From the NCBI GenBank assembly GCA_963615935.1, contig CAVEIP010000003.1:1-55665 (forward strand): a stretch of DNA of 55,665 nt, given 5' to 3'. The notes under the pieces were generated by a model, which was given only the letters and a program-made list of their open reading frames with translations, was not told the DNA's origin and ran no database searches. The stretch is from [Ruminococcus] lactaris (GTDB lineage Bacteria; Bacteroidota; Bacteroidia; Bacteroidales; Muribaculaceae). The translations under genes and the position numbers were made by a program. Of this stretch, positions 34,218 through 42,794 are shown piece after piece (the stretch's first letter is position 1; each line of letters starts with the position of its first letter).

Positions 34218-37200
34218 TTATTTCAGTTCAATTTTTGTGGTCGGTATGCCGTCGATGGAAGCGGCATCGCCGAAGGTGTAGGCTCTCACTGTCACTGCCG
34301 AAGCCACGTGTGAGAGGGCTTCGTCTATGGTGGCAACCACCTGCAGGCGGCTGTCGAGGCCTTCGTGGGCGTAGGTCAGTGCGCGGCGGTGGTCGTCGTC
34401 GGCTTCTACGGCTACGACAAGGCATTCGCGGTGGACGAGGGAGTAGAGCAGCGCAAATTCGCCCCAGTCGCCGCCCACTACGATTATGGCGTCGGCATCC
34501 TCGGCGTTGTCAATCCACTGAGCGAAGTCGCTGTTGTGGCGGAGGGTGCGGCGCACGTCGTTGTAGAGGTCGGTGCCCTTGTAGCGGTAGCGGTCGAGCA
34601 CGAGGTGGTGGAAATAATTAGCCGTTTCGCGCTCGGCTACGGTTGCGGCATACTGCTCAACGAAGAGTCGGTGCATAGCCTGTGTGCGTTCCACATACGT
34701 GCTGCCCAATGCCGATGGCTGTATGCGCTTGCCCACGGTCACTGTCAGTTCGCCGGGATAGACCGACACGCTTCCGCGCGGCACCACCTGATTGAAGCCG
34801 TGGAGCATCACCGGCACAATGTCAAGTCCCAGTTGCTCAGCCCAGTGGAACGCGCCCTTGTGGAAGCGCAGTATCGACGACTTGTCGTTGCGCACACCCT
34901 CAGGGAACACCACAAGGCTGTAGCCCTCATCCACGCAGCGACGCAGATGCTCGAGGTTGGCCTCGGCGTCGTCGGTGAGCGACACGAAGCCGAGCCAGTG
35001 GTAGACGGAGCGTACAAGCCTGAAGTTTGCCGGGCGGCCGTTGCTCACGAGTATCACTTTCGGACTCAGCGCCATAAACACGGCGGCATCGAGCATCGAC
35101 TGGTGGTTTGCCACAATCATTGCCGGCTTGCTGAAGTTCTCGCCAGAGGCATTCTCCAAGCGGTATTTCACTGACGGTATGTGGTTGAGGTCGAAGCGAT
35201 AGAGGTGCTGCACGTAGCGGTGGAACAGGGTGCGGCGGCGCGGCGTAGGTTTAAGTACTACGAAGAGCAGGAAGCCGAGAGCCTGCACTGTGAGCAGTTG
35301 CGCGAGGAACACCACTGTGGCGAGTGTCATTGTGGCCATCGGGCGCAGCGACAGCGGACGGTAGCGGAAGCCGCGGCGCGACTGCACGAGGAACTTGAAT
35401 ATCAGCGGCGGGAACACGTATGCCATCAGCACCACAGAGAACATGCCAGCGATGGTTACCTCCGCCAGCGAGTGGAGAGCAGGGTGGCGCGCCACGATGA
35501 GTGTGCCGATGCCGATAAACATTATCAGCGCTGAAATTATGATGGAATGCTTGTAGGAAGCAAGCATCTTTTTGCGGTAGGCGTATTCATACATTGCGCC
35601 TTCGGTCATGAAGATGGTATAGTCGTCGCCTTGTCCGAAGATGAAGGTGGCGAGGATGATGTTCACGATGTTGAACTGCATGCCGAAGAGCGACATGATG
35701 CCCAAAATCCACAGCCAACTGATGGCCATCGGCACAAACGACAGCAGCGCCAACTCCAGACTGCCGAACGACAGCCAGAGGAAGAAGAACACGATGAATC
35801 CGCAGGCAAAGCCGATGTAGTTGAAGTCGTTGGACAGGTGGTTGGCTATGGCACTGTTCATCGCCACAACGTCGAAACTGTGGCAGTCGTGCTCCTTCAG
35901 TTGCTCTTCTACGGCGCTCATGTCGGCATCCTTCACGGCGAGCACATCGACCACATTGTAGCGCCTTTCGGCGGTATCGGTGCTGATGTTGCCCGCAAAA
36001 AGCGTCTTCACGAGCGGCGAGAAGTAGGAGATGTCGTGCGGCTGACACTTGGTGTCGAGCAGGGCGTAGAAGTCGTCAAACGACCCTTTGGCGAAGCCCT
36101 CGGCACGCATGCTCTTGTTGAGCATCGTTTGAATCCGGTCGCGGTTGCGCTCCACAAAGTCGTTCCATAGCGCCAGGCGGCGTTTCTGCTCCGCCTTCGA
36201 CACCACAAACTGGCTGCATCCGCTTGCCGACTGCACCTGCCCGTCGGCAACCATCTTGGCGATGCCCGGCTGGAGCAGGCGACTCTTGTCGAGTGCACCG
36301 TCCATCGTGGTGTCCGACGAGATGGCGTAGACCTTCTGCAAGCCGCCGCTCGGCAGCATGGTGCGCTGGAAATAAGCCATATCAGCCTTTTGCTGGTCGG
36401 TCATATAGTTGATGTGCGCCAGGTTGGTGTCAAACTGCGTCTGGAAACTGAAATATCCGAACACCAGCGTAAGTGCCACAACTACAGCCACAACCACGGG
36501 CTTGTTTTCGAGTGTAACGTCGCTGATGCGGTCGAGGAAGGTGTGGCGCTCCTCGTGTGATGCCTTGGCAAGGTGCGGCAGGTAGACCAGCACGAAGATT
36601 ATCGTGCCGGCAAGAATCATCGAACTGAACAGTCCGAGGTCGCGCAGTGCTACCGACTGCAGCGGCACGAGGGCGAGGAAGGCGCCCACGGTGGTGACGT
36701 TGCCCACGAGCAGCGGCATGACGATTTCGCGCAGCGCACGCTTCTTGTTGGGCGTGTGCGACAGATGGGCTATGAAGTGGAGCGGATAGTTGACGGCAAT
36801 GCCGAGAATCACCGACGAGATGCCTATCACGATTACCGAAACCTTGTCGTGGAACAGTGCAAGTCCGCCCATGGCAAAGAGCCATCCCCAGCCTATGGAG
36901 AAGGCGATGAGCAGAAGGTTGCGCATATTGCGGAACGAGAACATCAGCAATGCGAGGATGAGAATCACGGCGATGGCAACCGAGAGGATGCTGTCCGACT
37001 TTATCTGGCTGGCGTTGGTGGCAGCGATGATTGGGCCGCCGATGATGTGGATGTCGAGGTTTTCGTGGCTCGCCATCACGGTGTCGCCGCAGGCGGTGAG
37101 CATGGCTGCCAGACGGGCGTTGTTCTCGCTTTCGCTCGAGCCGTAGGGCGACTCCATCACCACGATGGCGCGCTGCATGTCGGGCGAGAAGATGTGTCCG

Positions 37201-37805
37201 TCGTACATCTCATATTTAAGGCCCGACTCCGCTGGCTGGAGTTTCTGCACCACCGGGGTGAAGAAGTTCAGCGGGTCGCGCTGGATGTTGTCGGAGAGGA
37301 TGCCCCCGGCGGGGAACATCAGCATCTGTTTGTCCTGCGCCAGTTGTTCGGCAACAAAGGTGGGCTGCGCCAGCAGGCTGTCCATGCGGGCGTAGTCGGC
37401 ATCGGTGAGGAAGTAGGGGATGTTGGTGTAGACAAAGTCTGCCACCTCGGTCATCTTTTCCATGTCGACCTCGGCGAGGATGCTGCTCAAAGAGTGCGCC
37501 GTGTCGGCTTTCTCCACTGCCTCCACGAAGGCGTCAACGCCGGCAACCATGGCGTCGGGGTCGGCCTTCAGCGAGTCGCGGTACTGGAACACCGCGAAAA
37601 TTTTGTTGGCGCCCGAGATGTCCTGGTACACCTTCAGCGCGTTTTGCTGCTCTGCGTCGACAGGCATGAAGTCGGCAATGTCCTCCTTGTAGCCCAAGCG
37701 CATCAGCGACAGCACCAACAAGGCGGTCACCGCCAGAAACGACAGCAGACCCACGAGGCGGTGCCGCCTCAGAAAATCGAATATGCGAAGAATGAAATCA
37801 GTCAT
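34218..37805 (-). CDS. Three-part fusion: MMPL/RND-type exporter, PlsC-type acyltransferase and a C-terminal Rossmann-like domain
   Basis: 1195 aa. The N-terminal two thirds show the 12-TM, two-large-loop MMPL layout (GQGDDYTIFMTEG in the second TM bundle). Extra TM segments follow. Next comes an acyltransferase domain (IVANHQSMLD HX4D motif; VVFPEGVRND). The last ~190 aa contain IIVVGGDWGEF ... VVAVEADDD, which resembles a degenerate SAM-MTase/Rossmann motif I plus an acidic beta-2 end. Confidence 0.85.
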   Translation of the reverse strand: MTDFILRIFDFLRRHRLVGLLSFLAVTALLVLSLMRLGYKEDIADFMPVDAEQQNALKVYQDISGANKIFAVFQYRDSLKADPDAMVAGVDAFVEAVEKADTAHSLSSILAEVDMEKMTEVADFVYTNIPYFLTDADYARMDSLLAQPTFVAEQLAQDKQMLMFPAGGILSDNIQRDPLNFFTPVVQKLQPAESGLKYEMYDGHIFSPDMQRAIVVMESPYGSSESENNARLAAMLTACGDTVMASHENLDIHIIGGPIIAATNASQIKSDSILSVAIAVILILALLMFSFRNMRNLLLIAFSIGWGWLFAMGGLALFHDKVSVIVIGISSVILGIAVNYPLHFIAHLSHTPNKKRALREIVMPLLVGNVTTVGAFLALVPLQSVALRDLGLFSSMILAGTIIFVLVYLPHLAKASHEERHTFLDRISDVTLENKPVVVAVVVALTLVFGYFSFQTQFDTNLAHINYMTDQQKADMAYFQRTMLPSGGLQKVYAISSDTTMDGALDKSRLLQPGIAKMVADGQVQSASGCSQFVVSKAEQKRRLALWNDFVERNRDRIQTMLNKSMRAEGFAKGSFDDFYALLDTKCQPHDISYFSPLVKTLFAGNISTDTAERRYNVVDVLAVKDADMSAVEEQLKEHDCHSFDVVAMNSAIANHLSNDFNYIGFACGFIVFFFLWLSFGSLELALLSFVPMAISWLWILGIMSLFGMQFNIVNIILATFIFGQGDDYTIFMTEGAMYEYAYRKKMLASYKHSIIISALIMFIGIGTLIVARHPALHSLAEVTIAGMFSVVLMAYVFPPLIFKFLVQSRRGFRYRPLSLRPMATMTLATVVFLAQLLTVQALGFLLFVVLKPTPRRRTLFHRYVQHLYRFDLNHIPSVKYRLENASGENFSKPAMIVANHQSMLDAAVFMALSPKVILVSNGRPANFRLVRSVYHWLGFVSLTDDAEANLEHLRRCVDEGYSLVVFPEGVRNDKSSILRFHKGAFHWAEQLGLDIVPVMLHGFNQVVPRGSVSVYPGELTVTVGKRIQPSALGSTYVERTQAMHRLFVEQYAATVAERETANYFHHLVLDRYRYKGTDLYNDVRRTLRHNSDFAQWIDNAEDADAIIVVGGDWGEFALLYSLVHRECLVVAVEADDDHRRALTYAHEGLDSRLQVVATIDEALSHVASAVTVRAYTFGDAASIDGIPTTKIELK

Positions 37806-37807
37806 CG

Positions 37808-38932
37808 TTATTTGTTGGTTACAGGGTTGGAATAAATGCCGAGGAAGATGTCCACAAGGTTCTCAATGTCGCAGGTGTCGTAGCGCTCCAACTCCTTGAG
37901 GTGGTTGCGGAACGTCTCAAACTCCTCGTCGGTGTAGGCGTCGCGGTATTTCTTCACGCCGTAGCGCATGTCGTAGGCAATGTAGTTGTTGGGGTAGAGG
38001 CGGTAAGCCTTGTTGATGCGGCTGTCGAGCAGGTGAGCCACCGCCCGGTGGTACTCGTTGTTGGTCATTGGCTCGAATTTCGACAGTTCGGCGTGCGAGA
38101 TAGGGTCACAGAGTTCGATGTGCACGCGTCCCTTTGGCTGCACAATGCCCGTGAGGATGCTGTTGAGGTCTTCGCCCGGCTTCTTGGTGTATTTGGCAAA
38201 CTGCGACTCGTAGAGTTCGAGGGTCTTGAGCACGTCGCACGGCTCCCACTCGTAGGAGATTGCCACAGGCACGATGTTGAGTTGGCCGATGGCTTTGATT
38301 TTGTCGTCGGGGCACGACATGCAGAACATCTTGATGATGCCCTGGTCAGTGGCATCGTTGCCGTCCTTGGTGCGGCCGTTGCGCTGGGCAATCCACACCG
38401 ACTGGCCTTTCTCGGTGATCACGTGGCGGATGTAGTCCGACAGATGGTGCGAACAGCGGTAGAAGTCCTTGATGCTTCCGCCGGGGCGCTCCACCTTAAA
38501 CATCTTGTTGCTTTTGCCTATGTCGACCACCAACTGGTTCATCATCAGGTTGGCGCCGAAGGTTATTTCGGTGGTGTCGAAGCCGTTGCTCACAAAGAAG
38601 TACTGCAGGAGGCTGGAGTCAAGCATAATGTCGCGGTGGTTCGACACGAAGAGGTAGTGCTTGTCCGGACTGAGTTTGTCGAGACCCGAGCACGAGAAAC
38701 GGGTTATGGTGTTTTCAATCACACGCTTGTTGACCATGCTCATTGTCTCCGTCTGGAAGTCGCGCACGGTGCGGTAGGAGGCAATGCGGCGGCGCACCGC
38801 TTCGAGCGGCTCGTCGGGATAGACATAGGCGGCGAGAATCGGGAAATAGGGGCTGTCGGCAATGCGTTGCATGGCAGCGGGAATTTCCGATTCGTAGTAT
38901 GGTCGGATGTCGTCGAAAATTGATGTTTCCAT
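37808..38932 (-). CDS. PlsC/GPAT-like acyltransferase
   Basis: 374 aa. The His-Asp motif VSNHRDIMLD has spacing one residue longer than the textbook HX4D. A downstream IAQRNGRTKDG resembles the (F/I)xEGGR(S/T) block. The family assignment needs an HMM check. Confidence 0.7.
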   Translation of the reverse strand: METSIFDDIRPYYESEIPAAMQRIADSPYFPILAAYVYPDEPLEAVRRRIASYRTVRDFQTETMSMVNKRVIENTITRFSCSGLDKLSPDKHYLFVSNHRDIMLDSSLLQYFFVSNGFDTTEITFGANLMMNQLVVDIGKSNKMFKVERPGGSIKDFYRCSHHLSDYIRHVITEKGQSVWIAQRNGRTKDGNDATDQGIIKMFCMSCPDDKIKAIGQLNIVPVAISYEWEPCDVLKTLELYESQFAKYTKKPGEDLNSILTGIVQPKGRVHIELCDPISHAELSKFEPMTNNEYHRAVAHLLDSRINKAYRLYPNNYIAYDMRYGVKKYRDAYTDEEFETFRNHLKELERYDTCDIENLVDIFLGIYSNPVTNK

Positions 38933-38944
38933 TTTCTGCAGTAT

Positions 38945-39799
38945 TTAGTTGTTGAGGTGTCTCAACCAGTTCAAAAATTCGTTTTTCCACTGTCGGCATT
39001 CGGCTGTGCCTTTGCTCTGCGAGGCGCCGAAGCCGTGGCCGCCGGTGGCATACTGGATGTAGCGGTGCTCCACTCCCTGTGCGGTGAGTGCTGAGTCGAG
39101 GAGTTCGGAGTTGCGGCACTTCACCACGGGGTCGTCCTTGCAGTTGACAAGAAACACCGCCGGGCAGTCCTTAGGCACGTGCCGCTCCATCGATAGCGAG
39201 TCGCGCATCTGCTGGTTGCGCACGCGCTTCTCGCCGAGCAAGGCTCGCCGCGAGCGCTTATGCACACACGCATCGGTCATCGTCACCACCGGGTAGATGG
39301 GAGCCAAAAACGCTGGGCGCTCATTGGCGGGCAGCAACTCCGCAGCCGACATCACCAGATGGCCGCCAGCAGAGAAGCCCATAGCGCCGATGCTGTCGGG
39401 GTTCACGCCGTAGTCGGCGGCATGTTGTCGCACGAAGGTCAGCGCCTGGCGCAGGTCGTTGATGGCATCGGGGTGCTGACGGCCGGGGAACAGGCTTCGC
39501 CAGCCCGAGAAAAATGCCCACCAGCCCGCCGTGCGGTAGCACAGCACGAAAGCAGAGATGCCGTTGCTCTGCAGCCATTTGCCCACAGCCGTGCCTTCTG
39601 CCTCCATATCGTGCCAGAAATAACTGCCGCCGGGACACACCACCACAGCCACGTTGCTATTGCCCGCAGCGAGGTAGGGAGTCATCTTCACCTTGGCTTT
39701 GCAGTCGGTGTCCTGCCAGATGTTCACCTTGCCCTCGGCGAGGGCAGTGAGCGTCATGACGAGGCATACGAAGGCAGTTGTTATTTTCGCTTTTTTCAT
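38945..39799 (-). CDS. Secreted alpha/beta-hydrolase (esterase/lipase-like)
   Basis: 284 aa. Signal peptide (MKKAKITTAFVCLVMTLTALAEG), nucleophile elbow GFSAGGH and a C-terminal GGHGF histidine motif. Confidence 0.8.
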   Translation of the reverse strand: MKKAKITTAFVCLVMTLTALAEGKVNIWQDTDCKAKVKMTPYLAAGNSNVAVVVCPGGSYFWHDMEAEGTAVGKWLQSNGISAFVLCYRTAGWWAFFSGWRSLFPGRQHPDAINDLRQALTFVRQHAADYGVNPDSIGAMGFSAGGHLVMSAAELLPANERPAFLAPIYPVVTMTDACVHKRSRRALLGEKRVRNQQMRDSLSMERHVPKDCPAVFLVNCKDDPVVKCRNSELLDSALTAQGVEHRYIQYATGGHGFGASQSKGTAECRQWKNEFLNWLRHLNN

Positions 39800-41301
39800 T
39801 CTTTTTCAGTCATCTTGTTTATCTGCTCAAGCACATAGTTGTGGCCTAGGATTGCCTCAGCCGTGGTGATGGCAGTGAGCGGCACGCCGCAAAAGCCGTG
39901 CAGATTGTTGTTTTGTCCTGTGAGCAGCAGGTTGTTGATTTTTGTGGCGATTGGCACTTGCGACAGAGCCATATTTTTGTAGTCCTTGCTGAAGCCCGAC
40001 AGAGCGCCGCCCTTCACGCCGTAGAAGTCGCGGATGGTGAGTGGCGACGACGAGATGATGCGATCCACGCAGTCCATAAATCCGGGGTGCATCTCCTCAA
40101 TGTTTGCCATCAGTTGGCGGGTTTTCTGCTCTTTCCACGCCTCGTAGTCAGCGCCTCGGCGCCCCACGGTGGTGTCTGCCCACTGCTCAGCCTCCTCGAA
40201 GAGCATCGGCGCCGTGATAAGCACCTTGCTGGCAAACGGACCCTGGTTGTCGTCGGGCGAGGTCATGAAGAGGAAGCCCAGCGGCCAAACGTCGTGCTGC
40301 TCGCCGAAGTTCCATATCTCGTCGTAGCGGGTCATGTAGTACTCCGAGTGGTTGATGTAGGGGAATGTTCCCGGCTTGAGTTTGATGTAGGCGGAAAACG
40401 CCGAGTAGGAGTTGGGTATCGACTCCAGTCGCATCTTGTATGACTTCGGGAACGCCTTTTCCGGCATTATCGGGAAGAGTGAACACGGATGGATGGCCGA
40501 GATGTAGTGGTCGGCGCGGTATTCGCGGCCCTTGCGCGTGCGCACAAAGTCGATGTGGCGGTCGTTGACCTCAATCCATTCCACTCCGTCGCCCGTAATG
40601 ACCTCGCCGCCGCCAGTGGCGATAACCTCCGCCAGAAGGTCGGCAAAACGGTCGCTACCGCCCACAAAACGGCTTGCTCCGCGGATGTAGAGCGTGCTGA
40701 TGATGGCGTGGATAAACGCAGGGGTCTCATCATGGCGGCCGCCGTAGAGGGGGTTCATATATGCCACCACGCTGCGCAGGCGCTCATCGCTGATATACTT
40801 TGCCACGAAGGCGTCGGCAGCCATCAGAAAGTCGGACGAGTGCGCAGGGAATAGCGTTGTGGATGGGCGGAGGTTGAACAGGTCGACCTCTTCGGTGATG
40901 CCGAACACGGCATCGACGTATGCCTCCAGATTAGCCCTCTGGTCGGGAAAATGCTCCGCCAGCGAGTCGACAAAGCCCTTGCGACCTTTGCGGATGCGGT
41001 AGGTGGTCTTGTCCTCGGCAAAGTAGAGGCTGTCGATGCAGTCGTCGTCCACATCCATCAGATTCACCTTGTCGGCGATGCCGAGATATTCGCAGATGCG
41101 GCGGATGTTGCCGCCTGGCTGCATGCCTGCAATCACGTGCATGCCCGTGTCGAAACTCACGCCGAAGCGGCGGAACGACTGCAGGCCGCCGCCCGCTGTG
41201 GCATTTTTCTCGAGCACGGTCACCCGGACGCCTTCCCTTGCGAGGATAGCGCCTGTGAAGAGTCCGCCGAGACCGCCGCCTATAATCACTGCCGTTGTCA
41301 T
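39796..41301 (-). CDS. FAD-dependent oxidoreductase, phytoene-desaturase (CrtI)/amine-oxidase family, copy 2
   Basis: 501 aa. N-terminal dinucleotide fold AVIIGGGLGGLFTGAILAREGVRVTVLEKN...GG. Clear paralog of the upstream gene (for example FDTGMH versus FETGMH; LLLTGQNxNxHG in both). Confidence 0.85.
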   Translation of the reverse strand: MTTAVIIGGGLGGLFTGAILAREGVRVTVLEKNATAGGGLQSFRRFGVSFDTGMHVIAGMQPGGNIRRICEYLGIADKVNLMDVDDDCIDSLYFAEDKTTYRIRKGRKGFVDSLAEHFPDQRANLEAYVDAVFGITEEVDLFNLRPSTTLFPAHSSDFLMAADAFVAKYISDERLRSVVAYMNPLYGGRHDETPAFIHAIISTLYIRGASRFVGGSDRFADLLAEVIATGGGEVITGDGVEWIEVNDRHIDFVRTRKGREYRADHYISAIHPCSLFPIMPEKAFPKSYKMRLESIPNSYSAFSAYIKLKPGTFPYINHSEYYMTRYDEIWNFGEQHDVWPLGFLFMTSPDDNQGPFASKVLITAPMLFEEAEQWADTTVGRRGADYEAWKEQKTRQLMANIEEMHPGFMDCVDRIISSSPLTIRDFYGVKGGALSGFSKDYKNMALSQVPIATKINNLLLTGQNNNLHGFCGVPLTAITTAEAILGHNYVLEQINKMTEKE

Positions 41302-42794
41302 TTGCTTGCCTCCTGTATTTGTGAGTAGATTGTGCGTGCCGTCAGCAGTTCGCTGCAGGTCACGATGGTGCCCACCATCACGCCGAGCATGCCGTGGGAG
41401 TTGATGTTCTGCCCCGTGAGCAGAAGGTTGGGAATCCGTGTGCGCTGCGGCACTCGGTATGCCGAACTCTGGGCTATGTCCTTGGCATTGCCGTACATTG
41501 AGCCGCCTTCCGTGCCGAGGTAGTCGAGATAGGTGAGCGGCGTCGATGTGTAGTAGTGCTTTATCTTGTTGCGGATGCCAGGGAAATGCTGCTCAAGCAC
41601 GTCGAGCAACTTTTCTGCCTTCCGCTCTTTGAAGTCTTTGTAGTCCTGTCCGCGATGCTCCACGCGGGTGCCTTGCCACTGCGCCACGTCGTCCATCTGC
41701 ATGTAGGACAGCACCACGCCTGTGGTGGCAAATTTCTGCTCCCCATCGGGGCAGAAGTGCATATATAGAAACCCCTTTGGCCACGAGGCATCGTCGTAGC
41801 ACTCGCAGTTCCAGGGGGTGTCGCCCTGATAGCCGTAGTAGTTGCTGTTCATGTAGGGCACTTCGCCCTCCTTGAAATGGAGATACACGGAGAAGCCGCC
41901 CACGGTTTGCGGTATGGCGCCCACGCGTTTGCGGAACGCCGGACGGATGAGGTGGGTGTTGAGGAGTTCGAGGGTACGCACGGGATGGGCGTCGGAAATC
42001 ACGTAGTCGCAGGGGATGGTGTCCTTGCCGTTGACCTCCACTGCCACCGCCTGAGTGTCGTTGCACACAATCAGTGTGGCTTTGCTCCGCGCATAGACCT
42101 CGCCGCCATAGCGGCGGATGGTTGCTACCAGCGCCGTTGCCACATTGTCGCTGCCGCCGCGGATGCGGAATGCGCTCTGGTTGTAGAAGTCCATGATGAA
42201 GGCGTGGGTGGAAAACGGTGTTTTGCCTTTTTCTGCCGCATAGAGAGGCAGATTGCCCACCAGCACCTTCGCCAGCAGCGGGTCGGTGATGATTTCGCTG
42301 AGCACGTCGTCGATAGACCGCAACTGGTATTCGGGGATGAGCACCGTGTCGGTCTCGGCATATTTCAGCGAGTGGAGCGACGAGGCATTGGCTATCTGCT
42401 CAATGAGGTCGTAGTAGCGCACAATGTTGTCGCGCTGGTGAGGAAAATATTCAGCCATCTGATCTACGAAAGCCTCCTTGCCGTTGGCAAAACGGTAGGT
42501 CTTGCCGCCGAGCGACACCACATCGTAGCCCGTAGGGTCGAGCTGTGAGAGACTCACCGTGCGGTCAATCTCCATGAACCGCATCAGTTTGTCGAGGGTC
42601 TGCCCGGGGGCGGCGCTGCCAATGAAGTGCATGCCCGTTTCAAACTTCGCGCCGCGGCGCGAGAAGCACTGCAGGCAGCCGCCAATCTGGTCGCCCTGCT
42701 CCAGCACGGTGACGTGGTAGCCGTTTTTGGCGAGCATCACGCCCGTCGACAGGCCACCGAGGCCACTTCCTATTACCACAACTCTCTTATGCAT
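41298..42794 (-). CDS. FAD-dependent oxidoreductase, phytoene-desaturase (CrtI)/amine-oxidase family, copy 1
   Basis: 498 aa. VVVIGSGLGGLSTGVMLAKNGYHVTVLEQGDQIGG. 4-nt overlap with copy 2. Confidence 0.85.
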   Translation of the reverse strand: MHKRVVVIGSGLGGLSTGVMLAKNGYHVTVLEQGDQIGGCLQCFSRRGAKFETGMHFIGSAAPGQTLDKLMRFMEIDRTVSLSQLDPTGYDVVSLGGKTYRFANGKEAFVDQMAEYFPHQRDNIVRYYDLIEQIANASSLHSLKYAETDTVLIPEYQLRSIDDVLSEIITDPLLAKVLVGNLPLYAAEKGKTPFSTHAFIMDFYNQSAFRIRGGSDNVATALVATIRRYGGEVYARSKATLIVCNDTQAVAVEVNGKDTIPCDYVISDAHPVRTLELLNTHLIRPAFRKRVGAIPQTVGGFSVYLHFKEGEVPYMNSNYYGYQGDTPWNCECYDDASWPKGFLYMHFCPDGEQKFATTGVVLSYMQMDDVAQWQGTRVEHRGQDYKDFKERKAEKLLDVLEQHFPGIRNKIKHYYTSTPLTYLDYLGTEGGSMYGNAKDIAQSSAYRVPQRTRIPNLLLTGQNINSHGMLGVMVGTIVTCSELLTARTIYSQIQEASK

